Below, one piece after another: positions 31,903 to 45,712 of a stretch of 64,000 nt of DNA. Under the pieces are notes generated by a model. It was given only the letters and a program-made list of their open reading frames with translations, ran no database searches and was not told where the DNA came from. The stretch lies in NCBI GenBank assembly GCA_913058255.1, contig CAJXQU010000004.1, forward strand, positions 95,302 through 159,301, in the 5' to 3' direction. Positions within the stretch are counted from its first letter, which is position 1. The number at the start of each line of letters is the position of its first letter. The translations under genes were made by a program, and so were the position numbers. The DNA is from an uncultured Pseudomonadota bacterium. Its GTDB lineage: Bacteria; Pseudomonadota; Gammaproteobacteria; CAJXQU01.

Positions 31903-31930
31903 CTTGAAATAATCAGTGCTGACCCCATAT
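31903..31930 (+). promoter_or_regulatory. sigma-32 promoter for dnaK
   Basis: CTTGAA-N14-CCCCATAT. Confidence 0.85.
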
Positions 31931-31967
31931 CAGTAACAAGTAAAAAATTTCTACGGAGAATGAAACA

Positions 31968-33911
31968 ATGGGTAAAATTATCGGAATCGACCTTGGTACA
32001 ACCAACTCGTGTGTTGCGGTGCTCGACGGCGGTGTTCCTAAGGTTATAGAAAACAGCGAAGGCGGACGAACGACACCTTCAATTATTGCTTACACATCAG
32101 ATGATGAAGTCTTAGTTGGACAATCTGCAAAACGACAAGCAGTGACTAATCCAGAAAACACCTTGTTCGCGATTAAGCGTTTGATCGGACGAAAATTTAA
32201 AGATGATGCGGTTCAACGTGACATCAAAATGGTGCCTTATAACATCGTTGCAGCTGACAATGGTGATGCATGGGTAGAAGCGCATGGTCAAAAAATGGCG
32301 CCACCTGAAATTTCTGCGAAAGTCTTGCAGAAAATGAAAAAAACAGCTGAAGATTATTTGGGTGAAGAAGTGACAGAAGCGGTTGTTACTGTGCCTGCTT
32401 ACTTCAATGATTCTCAGCGTCAAGCGACAAAGGATGCGGGTAAGATTGCGGGTCTTGATGTGAAACGTATCATCAACGAACCAACAGCGGCAGCATTAGC
32501 ATTTGGTATGGATAAAAAAGAAGGTGATGCCACAATCGCAGTTTACGATTTGGGTGGTGGTACTTTTGATATCTCTATCATTGAAATTGCTGATGTCGAT
32601 GGTGAGCACCAGTTTGAAGTGTTGTCGACCAATGGTGACACATTCCTCGGTGGTGAAGATTTTGATTCACGTGTCATCGAATTCTTAGCCGATGAATTCA
32701 AGAAAGAACAGGGCGTTGATCTACACAATGACCCGTTAGCATTACAACGTCTGAAAGAAGCGGCTGAAAAAGCGAAGATCGAATTATCTTCTAGCCAACA
32801 AACGGATGTGAATTTGCCTTACATCACTGCTGATGCAAGTGGCCCTAAACATTTAAACATCAAACTGACTCGTGCGAAATTAGAGTCATTGGTTGATGAG
32901 TTGATCCAACGCTCAATCGCACCATGTAAAACAGCATTGAAAGATGCTGGCTTATCAGCATCAGAGATTTCTGACGTAATTATCGTCGGTGGTCAAACAC
33001 GTATGCCGAAAGTACAGGAAGTTGTCCAAGAAATTTTTGGTAAAGAACCACGTAAAGATGTTAATCCTGATGAAGCAGTAGCCATGGGTGCGGCGATTCA
33101 AGGTGGTGTCCTTGGTGGCGATGTTAAAGATGTATTGTTACTTGACGTAACACCATTGTCTTTGGGTATCGAAACCATGGGCGGCGTGATGACTAAGTTG
33201 ATTGAGAAAAACACAACGATTCCTACTAAGGCGAATCAAGTGTTCTCAACGGCTGAAGATAACCAAACCGCGGTAACCGTTCATGTTTTACAAGGCGAAC
33301 GTGAAATGGCTGGCGGTAATAAATCGTTAGGTCGTTTTGATCTGTCTGATATCCCACCAGCACAACGTGGTACTCCACAAATCGAAGTTACTTTCGACAT
33401 TGATGCAAACGGCATTTTGAATGTATCAGCGAAGGATAAAGCGACGAACAAAGAGCAGTCAATTGTCATCAAGGCTTCTAGTGGTTTGTCTGATGAAGAA
33501 GTTGAGCAAATGATCAAAGACGCTGAAGCACATGCTGAAGAAGATAAGCAGCTTCATGAGTTAGTGACGGCAAGGAATACGGGTGAACAGATTATTCATC
33601 AGACTGAAAAAGCCTTGACGGATCTTGGTGAGAAAGTTGAAGAAGCGGAGAAAACTGAAATCGAAGCAGCTGTTGTTACTTTGAAAGAGGCTATCGCAAC
33701 GGATGACAAAGATGACATTGAAGCGAAGACTCAAACATTGGGCGAGTTGTCTGGCAAGATCGCTGAACGTGCTTATGCCGAGCAAGCGGAAGGCCAAGCG
33801 GAAGGCCAAGCGGAAGGCCAAGCTGATGCAGCTCCTGAATCTGAAAATGCTAGCGATGATGATATTGTTGATGCAGATTTTGAAGAAGTTAAGGACGACG
33901 ACAAAAAATAA
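31968..33911 (+). CDS. dnaK: Chaperone DnaK
   Basis: GIDLGTTNS and DLGGGTFD motifs; C-terminal DADFEEV. Confidence 0.99.
   Translation: MGKIIGIDLGTTNSCVAVLDGGVPKVIENSEGGRTTPSIIAYTSDDEVLVGQSAKRQAVTNPENTLFAIKRLIGRKFKDDAVQRDIKMVPYNIVAADNGDAWVEAHGQKMAPPEISAKVLQKMKKTAEDYLGEEVTEAVVTVPAYFNDSQRQATKDAGKIAGLDVKRIINEPTAAALAFGMDKKEGDATIAVYDLGGGTFDISIIEIADVDGEHQFEVLSTNGDTFLGGEDFDSRVIEFLADEFKKEQGVDLHNDPLALQRLKEAAEKAKIELSSSQQTDVNLPYITADASGPKHLNIKLTRAKLESLVDELIQRSIAPCKTALKDAGLSASEISDVIIVGGQTRMPKVQEVVQEIFGKEPRKDVNPDEAVAMGAAIQGGVLGGDVKDVLLLDVTPLSLGIETMGGVMTKLIEKNTTIPTKANQVFSTAEDNQTAVTVHVLQGEREMAGGNKSLGRFDLSDIPPAQRGTPQIEVTFDIDANGILNVSAKDKATNKEQSIVIKASSGLSDEEVEQMIKDAEAHAEEDKQLHELVTARNTGEQIIHQTEKALTDLGEKVEEAEKTEIEAAVVTLKEAIATDDKDDIEAKTQTLGELSGKIAERAYAEQAEGQAEGQAEGQADAAPESENASDDDIVDADFEEVKDDDKK
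33783..33823 (+). repeat. 12-bp tandem repeat (CAAGCGGAAGGC x3 + partial) in the DnaK tail
   Basis: Encodes QAEG repeats. Confidence 0.9.
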
Positions 33912-33935
33912 TTTTCAACACAGATAATTATTGGA

Positions 33936-33969
33936 TAGCCCAGGCAGGTGAATAACTTGTCTGGGCTGT
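33936..33969 (+). terminator. Stem-loop between dnaK and dnaJ
   Basis: AGCCCAGGCAGG...CTTGTCTGGGCT inverted repeat. Confidence 0.55.
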
Positions 33970-34041
33970 GTCATTTATAAAGGATGCTCTTAGATTTAAG
34001 AATAAAGTTGAAATAAGAGTCTTCTGAGGAAATAGAAAAAC

Positions 34042-35181
34042 ATGGCAAAACGTGATTATTATGAAGTTCTCGGCGTGAGCAAAAATGCAAGCGAAGCTGA
34101 ACTGAAAAAGGCCTATCGTAAGCTAGCGATGAAGTATCATCCAGATCGAAATGTGGATGATTCTGAGAAAGCAGAAGAGAGCTTTAAAGAAGTAAAAGAA
34201 GCTCACGAAATACTATCTAATGCTCAAAAGCGAGCTGCTTATGATCAGTTTGGTCATGCGGGTGTAGATCAGTCCATGGGTGGCGGCCAAGGTGCTGGCC
34301 CTGGTGGTATGGGCGATATTTTTGATTCTGTGTTCGGTGATATTTTCGGCGGTGCAGGACGTGGCGGTCAAGGTGGGCAACGTGTTTATCGCGGTGCTGA
34401 TTTGGCCTACGATCTCGATATGGCTTTGGAAGAAGCGGTTGCAGGAAATACAGTTCAGATCCGCGTGCCGACACATAAATCATGTGGTACTTGCTCTGGT
34501 AGTGGTGCGAAGAAAGGTTCTTCACCAACGACCTGTTCGACATGTCAAGGCCATGGACAAGTACGAATGTCCCAAGGTTTTTTCTCGGTTCAGCAAACGT
34601 GTCCAGAATGTCGTGGCACAGGCCAGATGAACAAAAATCCTTGCGGTGATTGTAGCGGTCAGGGGCGTGTTCGAGATAATAAAACTATTTCTGTGAAAGT
34701 ACCTCCGGGAGTTGATACCGGCGATCGTATCCGTTTAGGCAGTGAAGGAGAAGATGGCGAAAATGGTGGCCCAGCAGGCGATCTTTACGTCAATGTTCGG
34801 GTAAAAGCTCATGCTATTTTTAAACGTGATGATGCTGATCTTTATTGCGATGTTCCCATCAGTTTTGTTACGGCATCACTTGGTGGAGAGTTAGAAGTTC
34901 CAACATTAGATGGCAAGGTGACACTTAAAATCCCCGCTGAAACTCAGTCGGGAAAAATGTTCCGTTTACGTGGCAAAGGTGTGAAAACCGTTCGTGGAAG
35001 TCATACCGGTGATTTATTGTGTAAAGCCATTGTCGAAACACCTGTTAACCTTACACAGAAACAAAAAGATCTATTAACAGAGTTTGATAAGTCCATGCAA
35101 GATGGTGGAAAACGACACAGTCCAAAAGAATCTTCATGGGTAGATGGTGTGAAAAGTTTTTTTGAAGATATGAAGTTTTAA
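34042..35181 (+). CDS. dnaJ: Chaperone DnaJ
   Basis: HPD motif, G/F region and four CxxCxGxG repeats. Confidence 0.99.
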   Translation: MAKRDYYEVLGVSKNASEAELKKAYRKLAMKYHPDRNVDDSEKAEESFKEVKEAHEILSNAQKRAAYDQFGHAGVDQSMGGGQGAGPGGMGDIFDSVFGDIFGGAGRGGQGGQRVYRGADLAYDLDMALEEAVAGNTVQIRVPTHKSCGTCSGSGAKKGSSPTTCSTCQGHGQVRMSQGFFSVQQTCPECRGTGQMNKNPCGDCSGQGRVRDNKTISVKVPPGVDTGDRIRLGSEGEDGENGGPAGDLYVNVRVKAHAIFKRDDADLYCDVPISFVTASLGGELEVPTLDGKVTLKIPAETQSGKMFRLRGKGVKTVRGSHTGDLLCKAIVETPVNLTQKQKDLLTEFDKSMQDGGKRHSPKESSWVDGVKSFFEDMKF

Positions 35182-35202
35182 CAATATCATTTATTTTTTT
35201 AA

Positions 35203-36030
<828 letters not shown>

Positions 36031-36066
36031 TTTCACAAGCGTTTAGATTTCTTCTAAGCTATCAAT

Positions 36067-36102
36067 AAAATCAGCAGTATATTTCTATATTGCTGATTTT
36101 TT
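36067..36102. terminator. Probable bidirectional terminator between dapB and the convergent porin
   Basis: AAAATCAGCAGTATA-TTTC-TATATTGCTGATTTTTT. Confidence 0.7.
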
Positions 36103-36155
36103 ATCTTACTCCTAAAATGGTCCAAGTGACTTTCAGAATACTCCAGAAATTCAGA

Positions 36156-37457
36156 CTAGAATTTCAACTGGCCAAATACCCAAAACTTACTAATATCTAC
36201 CGCTCGTATTCCAGTATTAAAACTGTTTTGATCGGCATTGTAATCAGCATATTTAATGCCGAGCGTATAGTGTTTTTTGAAAATTTTAGTTGCTAATAGA
36301 TCAATCTCTGAACCGTAGTCATAGCTATTATTATCAGAACTTAGATCATGATAAGCGGCAACAAATTTAACTCCAAATGCTTTTACGATAGCAGTGAAAT
36401 GCAGGTCTTTAATACCATCTCCGGGTGTGACTAGAAAACGATCATTCCAACCTTGATAAGCGTGATTAGTTCCAAGAATAGTTACAAATCGATCTGCACC
36501 ACCATTGCCTTCCAGAATTTCATAACTGGCTTTTATAAGGAAAGAATTCACGGCACCACCAAGCTTAAATTTCGCACCGAGTTCTCCAAGGAAATAGCCA
36601 GCACTGATACTGTTAGCGTTATCACCAGCATCGTTTTGATGTGCATATTCAGCAGTATAAATAGCACTGGTTATATTATTAAAAGGAATAGCACCATAGG
36701 CTCTTAGACCAAAGGTATTGGTTGAAAACTGCTCAGCATTATCAAACTCTAACAGGTAAGCATAAGCTTCTAATTTAACCTTAGAAAAGCCATTGTATTG
36801 CGCATTCAAAAAGTGAGAGTTACTATCAAAATAATTTAGTGGATTGGGTGCATCGTCACCAAAGATCCGGTTTACATTCCAGATATAGGCATAACTTAAT
36901 TTGGTATCAGCTATTGCGGTATTCACGATTGATGCGGCATCAAATGTCTGCCAGTTTTGACGCCAAAGGATCGTACCAATAAATCGATGAAAGGGTGCTT
37001 TTCGATAGGTGATGACTTGCCTACCCACCTTTATCGAATTGTTAGCCTGTTCATTGAAAGAGAGATAGGCTTGATTGATCTCTGTACCTTCAGGATCTGC
37101 AACGACAGGAAAACCTGCTTGAGGGCGTGAAGGGTAGGAGTAGTTATCTCCAAATAGTTCTTGGACGTGCTCTATCTGGCCATAGAAGCCCAGCCCATGG
37201 AAGTTTCCCGTTTTATAGCCTAGTGCCATTCTTGCTGTGTTTGCATTGGCTTCACGAGGTTGGGCGTCGTCATCAACATTTTCATACCTTAGGCGCAAAC
37301 TAAAATCTGTTTTTCCTCCCGTTAAAGCTGTCCAGAAAATATCTTCTGCTCGTGTCTCAATGCTTGAGAGTGTAAGCATGCTTACTATGGCTCCGAGTAG
37401 TGCCGAGTGTCTGAAGTAACGTTTATTTTGAGTGCTTGTTTTCATTAAATTCCTCAA
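36156..37457 (-). CDS. Outer-membrane beta-barrel, alginate-export-family-like porin
   Basis: Signal peptide, LRLRYENV, VADPEGTEINQAY, WRQNWQTFD, GTNHAYQGW, C-terminal Phe; divergent from napF. Confidence 0.8.
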   Translation of the reverse strand: MRNLMKTSTQNKRYFRHSALLGAIVSMLTLSSIETRAEDIFWTALTGGKTDFSLRLRYENVDDDAQPREANANTARMALGYKTGNFHGLGFYGQIEHVQELFGDNYSYPSRPQAGFPVVADPEGTEINQAYLSFNEQANNSIKVGRQVITYRKAPFHRFIGTILWRQNWQTFDAASIVNTAIADTKLSYAYIWNVNRIFGDDAPNPLNYFDSNSHFLNAQYNGFSKVKLEAYAYLLEFDNAEQFSTNTFGLRAYGAIPFNNITSAIYTAEYAHQNDAGDNANSISAGYFLGELGAKFKLGGAVNSFLIKASYEILEGNGGADRFVTILGTNHAYQGWNDRFLVTPGDGIKDLHFTAIVKAFGVKFVAAYHDLSSDNNSYDYGSEIDLLATKIFKKHYTLGIKYADYNADQNSFNTGIRAVDISKFWVFGQLKF

Positions 37458-37512
37458 TACGGGATCTCAACTATTGTTTAAACGGATTATTGCAGATTAA
37501 AGATATAGTCAA

Positions 37513-37574
37513 ATGATCTAAATCAAGTAACACCAAATGTACTTTGTAATGAATGATTTAATGATCTAAATCAA
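37513..37574. promoter_or_regulatory. Two identical DNR/FNR-like boxes upstream of the porin
   Basis: ATGATCTAAATCAA at 37513-37526 and 37561-37574. Confidence 0.7.
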
Positions 37575-37749
37575 AAAATACTAGTCTAGGAGCCTCCGCG
37601 TGATTTTAGTCTTTAGCATATGAGATAGATCCGGAGAGTCCTATGTCGATAAGGTTATTAAGCTCTAAGTCCGTCATCTGTTACTGCTAGAAACTTTGAG
37701 AGCGATGCATTAGCGATACTAAAAAGAAACCTTATGAATCGTATGATTA

Positions 37750-37763
37750 TTGATTTACATCAA
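37750..37763 (+). promoter_or_regulatory. DNR/FNR box upstream of napF
   Basis: Perfect TTGAT-TTAC-ATCAA. Confidence 0.85.
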
Positions 37764-37848
37764 TACATTGAACTGTCGTTGCTTTTAAAATTATACCAAA
37801 GGTGAATTTTTCAACAGAACCAGCTTGATGATGTAGCTAGGATTATTT

Positions 37849-38358
37849 ATGACTCAGATAAATAGGAATCAGTTTTTACGTGGTAAATGGAAAACAAAAG
37901 AGATTCCTGTAAGGCCACCTTGGAGTGTCGAAGAAGATACTTTTATAGATCGATGTCGTGGTTGCTTACGGTGTGGTGATTGCGTTTCTGTTTGTCCTGA
38001 AAAAATACTGATCAGTGGAAATGGTGGTTTCCCTGTTACTGATTTTACTTCAGGAGGCTGTAATTTTTGCGGCAAGTGTGTTGAAGCATGTCCATCTGGT
38101 GCGCTCGACTCGGCATTAGAACAGGCTTGGAGTTACAGAGGGAAAATTTCTAATGGTTGTTTATCGATCAAAGGAGTGGAGTGTCGTAGTTGTGGCGAGA
38201 CGTGTGAAACCGCTGCTATCAGTTTTCACCCTAAGCTGGGTGGTGTTGTCGAACCTATGCTAGATCCACATGCATGTACAGGGTGTGGTGAATGTATTGG
38301 TGTTTGTCCTGTCAGTGCGCTATCAATTGAGATTCCTCGAGAGATTATTCATGAGTAA
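37849..38358 (+). CDS. napF: Ferredoxin-type protein NapF
   Basis: RNQFLRG...RPPW and four 4Fe-4S Cys clusters. Confidence 0.93.
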   Translation: MTQINRNQFLRGKWKTKEIPVRPPWSVEEDTFIDRCRGCLRCGDCVSVCPEKILISGNGGFPVTDFTSGGCNFCGKCVEACPSGALDSALEQAWSYRGKISNGCLSIKGVECRSCGETCETAAISFHPKLGGVVEPMLDPHACTGCGECIGVCPVSALSIEIPREIIHE

Positions 38359-38602
38359 AGAAGAAATAGATATTTGTGGCGTGCTGGTTCATGCCAAACC
38401 AGGTTCAGCGAAACAAGTAAAAGATCGGTTGTTGGCGTTGCCTGGTGTTGAGGTTCATTCGGTGACAGCAGATCATCGGCTCATTGTTACGGTTGATCAG
38501 GCCGATTGTGAAGAGGAAAAGATGATGACTAAAACCATCAACAGTTTTCATGATGTAAAAGGTGTTTTGTCAGCGGCCTTGGTTTATCAGTACGCTGAAT
38601 AA
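38351..38602 (+). CDS. napD: NapA chaperone NapD
   Basis: MSKEEIDICGVLVHA...GVEVH...LIVTV...GVLSAALVYQ; between napF and napA. Confidence 0.92.
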   Translation: MSKEEIDICGVLVHAKPGSAKQVKDRLLALPGVEVHSVTADHRLIVTVDQADCEEEKMMTKTINSFHDVKGVLSAALVYQYAE

Positions 38603-38649
38603 TGATGATTTTTTTTAAATTTAAAAGCAATTAATTAGGAGTTGTCACA

Positions 38650-41184
38650 ATGAAAATCAACCGCCGTGACTTTATCAAGACAAATGCGATTGCCGCTACG
38701 GCTGCCGCTGCAGGTGTTTCACTTCCTGGAGTTAGTTTTGCAAAAAGTAAAGAGACAATCCGTTGGGATAAAGCACCGTGCCGCTTTTGTGGCACAGGCT
38801 GCTCAGTTCTTGTTGGTGTTAAAGATGGACAAGTTGTAGCGACGCAAGGTGACCCTGATGCTGATGTTAATCGTGGCTTGAATTGTATAAAAGGTTATTT
38901 TCTTAGCAAAATTATGTACGGAAAGGATCGTTTAACAACACCTCTTTTACGTAAAAAAAATGGCAAGTTTGACAAAGAGGGTGAGTTTGAAGCTATCTCT
39001 TGGGATGAAGCCTTTGACATTATGGCAGAGAAATGGAAAGAGTCTCTTAAGAATGATCTTGCCACCAACAAAGGTAAGAAAGCTGAAGAAGTAGTTTCTA
39101 CTGTCGGCATGTTTGGTTCAGGTCAGTGGACCGTTTGGGAGGGCTATGCTGCTTCTAAATTATATAAGGCTGGTTTCCGCTCAAACCATATTGATCCGAA
39201 TGCACGTCATTGTATGGCATCTGCCGTAGGTGGATTTATTCGTGCTTTTGGCGCGGATGAGCCGATGGGCTGTTATGACGATCTAGAACATGCTGATGCA
39301 TTTGTTTTGTGGGGATCAAACATGGCCGAGATGCATCCTATTTTATGGTCGCGCCTGACAGATACGCGTTTGACTAAAGACGGTTGCGAAGTGCATGTGT
39401 TATCGACCTTTAAGCATCGTTGTTTTGAACTTGCGGATAACGGTATGATCTTTACGCCACAAACCGATCTGGCGATTCTTAATTATATTGCGAACTACAT
39501 TATTGAAAATGAAGCCTATAACAAGGATTTCATTGGTAAGCATGTGAACTTCAAAAAGACACCAACGGATATTGGTTACGGTTTGCGCCCTGAACATCCA
39601 TTACAAGTTAAGGCTAAGAATGCCGATAAGGGTGAATTATCAGAGATAAGTTTTGAAGAATATGCAGAATCTGTAAAGACATATACGGCTGAGATGACTT
39701 CAGAGTTGTCAGGAGTTCCTGTTGAAAAATTAGAAAAATTAGCAAAAATATATGCTGATCCAAATAGAAAAGTTACTTCATTTTGGACAATGGGTTTTAA
39801 CCAGCATACGCGTGGTGTTTGGGCAAATGGTTTGATCTATAACATCCATTTATTGATGGGTAAAATTTCGGAGCCGGGTAATGGCCCTTTCTCTTTAACG
39901 GGGCAACCCTCTGCTTGTGGAACGGCGCGCGAAGTAGGCACGTTCTCACATCGCCTACCAGCCGATTATGTGGTTAAGAAAAAATCACATCGTGATTTCG
40001 CAGAAAAGATCTGGAAACTGCCTGAAGGCACTATTCCTGGAAAGGTGGGATATCACGCCGTTCTGCAAAGCCGTATGTTAAAAGATGGCAAGCTTAATTG
40101 TTACTGGGTTATGTGTAATAACAATATGCAAGCTGCGCCAAATATGAACGAAGAAACGTATCCTGGTTGGCGAAACCCTGAGAGTTTTGTTGTGGTTTCA
40201 GATCCGTACCCAACGGTTTCTGCTCAGGCTGCTGATCTGGTTTTGCCTACTGCTATGTGGACAGAAAAAGAAGGCGCTTATGGTAATGCTGAACGTCGAA
40301 CGCAGTTTTGGCGTCAACAGGTTGATGCACCGGGCGAATCTAAATCTGATCTCTGGCAGTTGATAGAGTTTTCTAAACGTTTCAAGGTTGAAGATGTTTG
40401 GCCTGAAGAGTTATTAGAGAAACAACCAGAATCTCGAGGCAAAACCCTATACGAAGTTCTCTATGCAAACGGACAGGTTGACCAGTTTCCTGCTCAACAG
40501 GTGACGGATGGAGCAGGTAATGAATACAAAAATCATGAGATGGAAGAGTTTGGTTTTTATGTTCAAAAAGGTTTGTTCGAAGAGTATCGTCGCTTCCAGT
40601 TAGAAGGTACAAAAAAAGGTCATGAACAGGCGGAGTTTGATAGATATCACACCGTTCGTGGTCTGCGTTGGCCTGTAGTGAACGGTAAAGAAACTTTATG
40701 GCGTTATCGTGAAGGTCATGACTCTTACGTTGGTAAAGGTGAGGGGATTAAGTTTTACGGCAACAAGGATGGTCGCGCTAATATTATTACCGCACCTTAT
40801 GAGCCGCCTGCGGAAAGCCCAGATGAAGAATATGACTTATGGTTAAGCACTGGTCGCGTACTTGAACATTGGCATTCAGGCACGATGACACGGCGTGTAC
40901 CTGAGCTTTATCGGGCTGTTCCTGACGCCGTCATTTTTATGCACCCTGATGATGCAAAAGAAAGAGGATTGCGCCGTGGTTTGACTGCAACGGTTCAATC
41001 TCGACGTGGTGAAATCCAAGCAATGGTTGAAACTCGTGGACGAAACTTACCACCGAAAGGTTTGATCTTTGTACCTTGGTTTGACGCGGGTCGTTTGATC
41101 AACAAAGTAACTCTGGATGCAACGGATCCTTTATCAAAACAAACTGATTTTAAAAAGTGTGCGGTGAAGGTCATTCGGGCCTAA
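38650..41184 (+). CDS. napA: Periplasmic nitrate reductase catalytic subunit
   Basis: Tat signal [23 protein letters not shown]-terminal TDFKKCAVK. Confidence 0.99.
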   Translation: MKINRRDFIKTNAIAATAAAAGVSLPGVSFAKSKETIRWDKAPCRFCGTGCSVLVGVKDGQVVATQGDPDADVNRGLNCIKGYFLSKIMYGKDRLTTPLLRKKNGKFDKEGEFEAISWDEAFDIMAEKWKESLKNDLATNKGKKAEEVVSTVGMFGSGQWTVWEGYAASKLYKAGFRSNHIDPNARHCMASAVGGFIRAFGADEPMGCYDDLEHADAFVLWGSNMAEMHPILWSRLTDTRLTKDGCEVHVLSTFKHRCFELADNGMIFTPQTDLAILNYIANYIIENEAYNKDFIGKHVNFKKTPTDIGYGLRPEHPLQVKAKNADKGELSEISFEEYAESVKTYTAEMTSELSGVPVEKLEKLAKIYADPNRKVTSFWTMGFNQHTRGVWANGLIYNIHLLMGKISEPGNGPFSLTGQPSACGTAREVGTFSHRLPADYVVKKKSHRDFAEKIWKLPEGTIPGKVGYHAVLQSRMLKDGKLNCYWVMCNNNMQAAPNMNEETYPGWRNPESFVVVSDPYPTVSAQAADLVLPTAMWTEKEGAYGNAERRTQFWRQQVDAPGESKSDLWQLIEFSKRFKVEDVWPEELLEKQPESRGKTLYEVLYANGQVDQFPAQQVTDGAGNEYKNHEMEEFGFYVQKGLFEEYRRFQLEGTKKGHEQAEFDRYHTVRGLRWPVVNGKETLWRYREGHDSYVGKGEGIKFYGNKDGRANIITAPYEPPAESPDEEYDLWLSTGRVLEHWHSGTMTRRVPELYRAVPDAVIFMHPDDAKERGLRRGLTATVQSRRGEIQAMVETRGRNLPPKGLIFVPWFDAGRLINKVTLDATDPLSKQTDFKKCAVKVIRA

Positions 41185-41452
41185 GCACTTTAACATTAGA
41201 TGATAGAGAAATGACGGTAACTAAAACTTAGTATGGCCAAGAACTACGGAAGTTACTAGTGGGTTTTACTTGATGATCGCCGCTATCGTGCTTGAGTTTT
41301 CCCTAACAATATGAGCCGTGTTATAGCGATTGGATTGCGAGGATGATTAAGAGTTAAAGGCCAAGGAGTCACTATCTTAAAATCAATGCGATATAGAAAA
41401 ATAATATAAAAAATACGGTAAGTTGGGTTCAAAAAAATGTGGAGTTTTTATC

Positions 41453-41884
41453 ATGAAAAAATTATTTGTTTTTATACTGGTATTGGGAATGACTGTCTTG
41501 ATCAATGCAGAAGAATTGACTTCTCTTCGAGGATCACAACCGCTTGATGAAGCTTCACAAACTGTTGAAAAGAAGGTTTGGGCAAAGGATGGCGAGGTTA
41601 TCTCAAGAAACTATGTGCAACAACCACCGCTAATTCCTCATAAGATAAAAGGCTATCAGATCAATTTGCAATATAACAAATGTATGAGTTGCCATAGTTG
41701 GAGTAAATATAAAGCGTCGGGTGCGACTAAGATCAGTCAAACACATTTTAAAGATCGAGATGGAAATGATTTGGCTAAGGTATCTGCCCGGCGCTATTTC
41801 TGTAATCAATGCCACGTACCTCAAGCGAGCGTGAAACCGATTGTTGAAAATACGTTTAAGCCTATCGACTCGGTTAGCCAATAA
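41453..41884 (+). CDS. napB: Diheme cytochrome c NapB
   Basis: QQPPLIPH, CMSCH, RYFCNQCH; GGAG SD before ATG at 41453. Confidence 0.96.
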   Translation: MKKLFVFILVLGMTVLINAEELTSLRGSQPLDEASQTVEKKVWAKDGEVISRNYVQQPPLIPHKIKGYQINLQYNKCMSCHSWSKYKASGATKISQTHFKDRDGNDLAKVSARRYFCNQCHVPQASVKPIVENTFKPIDSVSQ

Positions 41885-41904
41885 AAAAAAACAAGAGGAA
41901 TATC

Positions 41905-42462
41905 ATGACTTTTCGTGGAAAAATTATATCAGGATCCTTAATCACAGGGTTCTTTTTAGGCATCATATTTTGGGGTGGTTTTCATTGGAGTCTGGAAATG
42001 ACTAATAATGAAGAATTTTGTATTTCTTGCCATGAAATGAAAGATAACATTTATCCGGAATACAAAGAAACGGTTCATTACAGTAACCGAACAGGTGTTC
42101 GTGCCACGTGTCCAGATTGCCATGTACCTAAGCAGTGGTTCTATAAAATTAAACGAAAGATTGAAGCATCGAGAGAAGTCTTTCATAAGATTATCGGAAC
42201 GATTGATACTCGTGAAAAATTTGAGGAATATCGGTTGACTATGGCGCTGAGTGAGTGGAAGAGAATGAAGTCGGCTGATTCAAGAGAGTGTCGAAATTGT
42301 CATGATTATGAGTCTATGGATTTTGTTGATCAGGGGCGCCGAGCTGTGAAAGCACATTCAATCGGTTTGGATGAGGGCAAGACCTGTATCGATTGTCATA
42401 AGGGGATAGCGCATCACTTGCCATTAGGCTGGGAGGCCGCCGCTGAGAAAGCTGGATTGTAA
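41905..42462 (+). CDS. napC: Tetraheme quinol dehydrogenase NapC
   Basis: N-terminal TM and four CxxCH motifs (CISCH, CPDCH, CRNCH, CIDCH). Confidence 0.96.
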   Translation: MTFRGKIISGSLITGFFLGIIFWGGFHWSLEMTNNEEFCISCHEMKDNIYPEYKETVHYSNRTGVRATCPDCHVPKQWFYKIKRKIEASREVFHKIIGTIDTREKFEEYRLTMALSEWKRMKSADSRECRNCHDYESMDFVDQGRRAVKAHSIGLDEGKTCIDCHKGIAHHLPLGWEAAAEKAGL

Positions 42463-42501
42463 TCTTTCAGAAGATCCGAAATAATGACTTATCATTAAGG
42501 C

Positions 42502-43257
42502 ATGAGGCATCGTTATATGTTGATCGGGCAAGGCGGGCAGACTGGGAAGGTTGAGCTGACCGAGTCTATCCAGACAGCAATGCGTGGTTGTACGCTCCTA
42601 CGCAGTCTAGATGATGAAACTTTTAGTAAGGTTGTACAGTTTTCTCATGCTAGAGAGTTACCTGAGAATACCTTGATATTTGAACATGGCTCTGAGCTGA
42701 CAGATTTGTACTTGTTGATTTCTGGTGGAGTTAAACTACTGCGACTGGTACCAAGCGGCGATGAAAAAGTTCTTGAAATTATTAACCCAGGTGAAACATT
42801 CGCAGAAGCTGTTATTTTTATGGGTATGTCAAAATATCCTGTTACAGCAGTAACGCTCTCTTCCTCTACTTTAGTAGGTATTCAAGCGAAACCTTATCTA
42901 AACTTACTTAAATCTTCTAATGCTTTGTGTTTAGAAATGTTAGGAAATTTAAGTATGCGACTACACGGAATGGTGAATGAAGTTGATCGCTTGACTCTAC
43001 ATAATGCGACTTTTCGTTTGGTTGACTATTTGTTGAATCAGATACCTGATGAGCGGGATAACACTCTGGAAGAGCAAACAAACTTGCAACTTACTGCACC
43101 GAAAAGAGTGATTGCTTCTAGGTTGTCGGTTAAACCAGAGACTCTTTCTCGGACCTTAAAAGAACTTTCTCAACGTGGATTAATTCGCTTTCACGGTTCA
43201 CATATTGAGTTCTTAGATATCAAAAAATTACGCGAATTAATATCACTAGAAAGCTAG
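42502..43257 (+). CDS. dnr: Crp/Fnr-family regulator, DNR type
   Basis: GETFAEA and IASRLSVKPETLSR HTH; no FNR N-terminal Cys cluster; directly upstream of norC. Confidence 0.85.
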   Translation: MRHRYMLIGQGGQTGKVELTESIQTAMRGCTLLRSLDDETFSKVVQFSHARELPENTLIFEHGSELTDLYLLISGGVKLLRLVPSGDEKVLEIINPGETFAEAVIFMGMSKYPVTAVTLSSSTLVGIQAKPYLNLLKSSNALCLEMLGNLSMRLHGMVNEVDRLTLHNATFRLVDYLLNQIPDERDNTLEEQTNLQLTAPKRVIASRLSVKPETLSRTLKELSQRGLIRFHGSHIEFLDIKKLRELISLES

Positions 43258-43294
43258 TTTCAGCTTCAGATCATTTATAAATTAAAACTCTCAT

Positions 43295-43308
43295 TTGATG
43301 TAGGTCAA
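43295..43308 (+). promoter_or_regulatory. DNR box upstream of norC
   Basis: TTGAT-GTAG-GTCAA. Confidence 0.8.
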
Positions 43309-43378
43309 TGTTGTATTTTAACGTCTTGAATATACTGCACTGCCAGTTTTAATTGTAATTATAAATAGGATATTCGTG

Positions 43379-43816
43379 ATGAGAGAGACCTTTACCAAGG
43401 GTATGGCTCGAAATATTTACTACGGAGGAGGTGTGTTTTTCTTCCTAGTGCTTATTGGATTAACGGTTGATACCGTTAAAGGCCTACCTGCTACCGATAA
43501 TTCAGAAAATATAACTGAACAAGTCGCAGCTGGAAAACGATTGTGGGAAATCAATGATTGTATTGGCTGCCATTCTTTGCTTGGTGAGGGCGCATATTTT
43601 GCACCAGAACTGGGTAATGTCTACACCCGCTTTGGCGAGAGTACTGAAGCTATCAAGGCATTTATTAAGTATCGTCCAGTAGATGGTGTTAAAGGACGAC
43701 GCAGTATGCCTCAATTCAACCTTACTGATGAAGAGTTGGAAGAGATCGCACAGTTCTTAAAGTATGTTGATGGCATTAAAACAGCCAGAAACTGGCCACC
43801 AAACATCCAAGGTTAA
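43379..43816 (+). CDS. norC: Nitric oxide reductase cytochrome c subunit
   Basis: MARNIYYGG, CIGCHSLLGEGAYFAPEL, MPQF, WPPNIQG. Confidence 0.98.
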   Translation: MRETFTKGMARNIYYGGGVFFFLVLIGLTVDTVKGLPATDNSENITEQVAAGKRLWEINDCIGCHSLLGEGAYFAPELGNVYTRFGESTEAIKAFIKYRPVDGVKGRRSMPQFNLTDEELEEIAQFLKYVDGIKTARNWPPNIQG

Positions 43817-43823
43817 GGGGTAG

Positions 43824-45212
<1,389 letters not shown>

Positions 45213-45279
45213 GTTTGATAATTCTGAAGTACAAAATACCGCTGTGAAAAGCGGTATGTTTATTTTTTGAGGAAGGAAA

Positions 45280-45645
45280 TTGAAACCTGATGAAATACAG
45301 TTAAAGCAAGCATCGCGAGCGACGTTATACTCACTACTAAACCTGACAATGCTACCCATTGTTGGTTTTATTTCACTCTGCCTTCTTTACAGAAAAACAA
45401 CCTCGAATACGATTGATCGTTATTATGTATTATTAGGCATAAAAACAAATTTATATGCCGCTGCTGCACTATTTTTGGTGACGGCATTAATGATCTTTAT
45501 GGGAGGTTTTGAGTCACCTTGGACTTGGGTCTATGTGATTTCTTACTTTGTTTTTGTGCATGCTTTATTTATTTTGTTTGCCACCTGGTCGATGGTGCGT
45601 TCATGGACAGGTGAAAAGCTAAAGCGTAGCTTTTTATCAAAATGA
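45280..45645 (+). CDS. Small 3-TM nor-cluster membrane protein (copy 1)
   Basis: Hydrophobic ORF after norB with an AGGAAGG SD; same pattern as 47860-48249. Confidence 0.7.
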   Translation: MKPDEIQLKQASRATLYSLLNLTMLPIVGFISLCLLYRKTTSNTIDRYYVLLGIKTNLYAAAALFLVTALMIFMGGFESPWTWVYVISYFVFVHALFILFATWSMVRSWTGEKLKRSFLSK

Positions 45646-45712
45646 TTTGGTGCGTATCAACACCTAGCGTTGATCAGAATATAAAAAAAAGATCGTTATT
45701 ATTAATGAGTCT

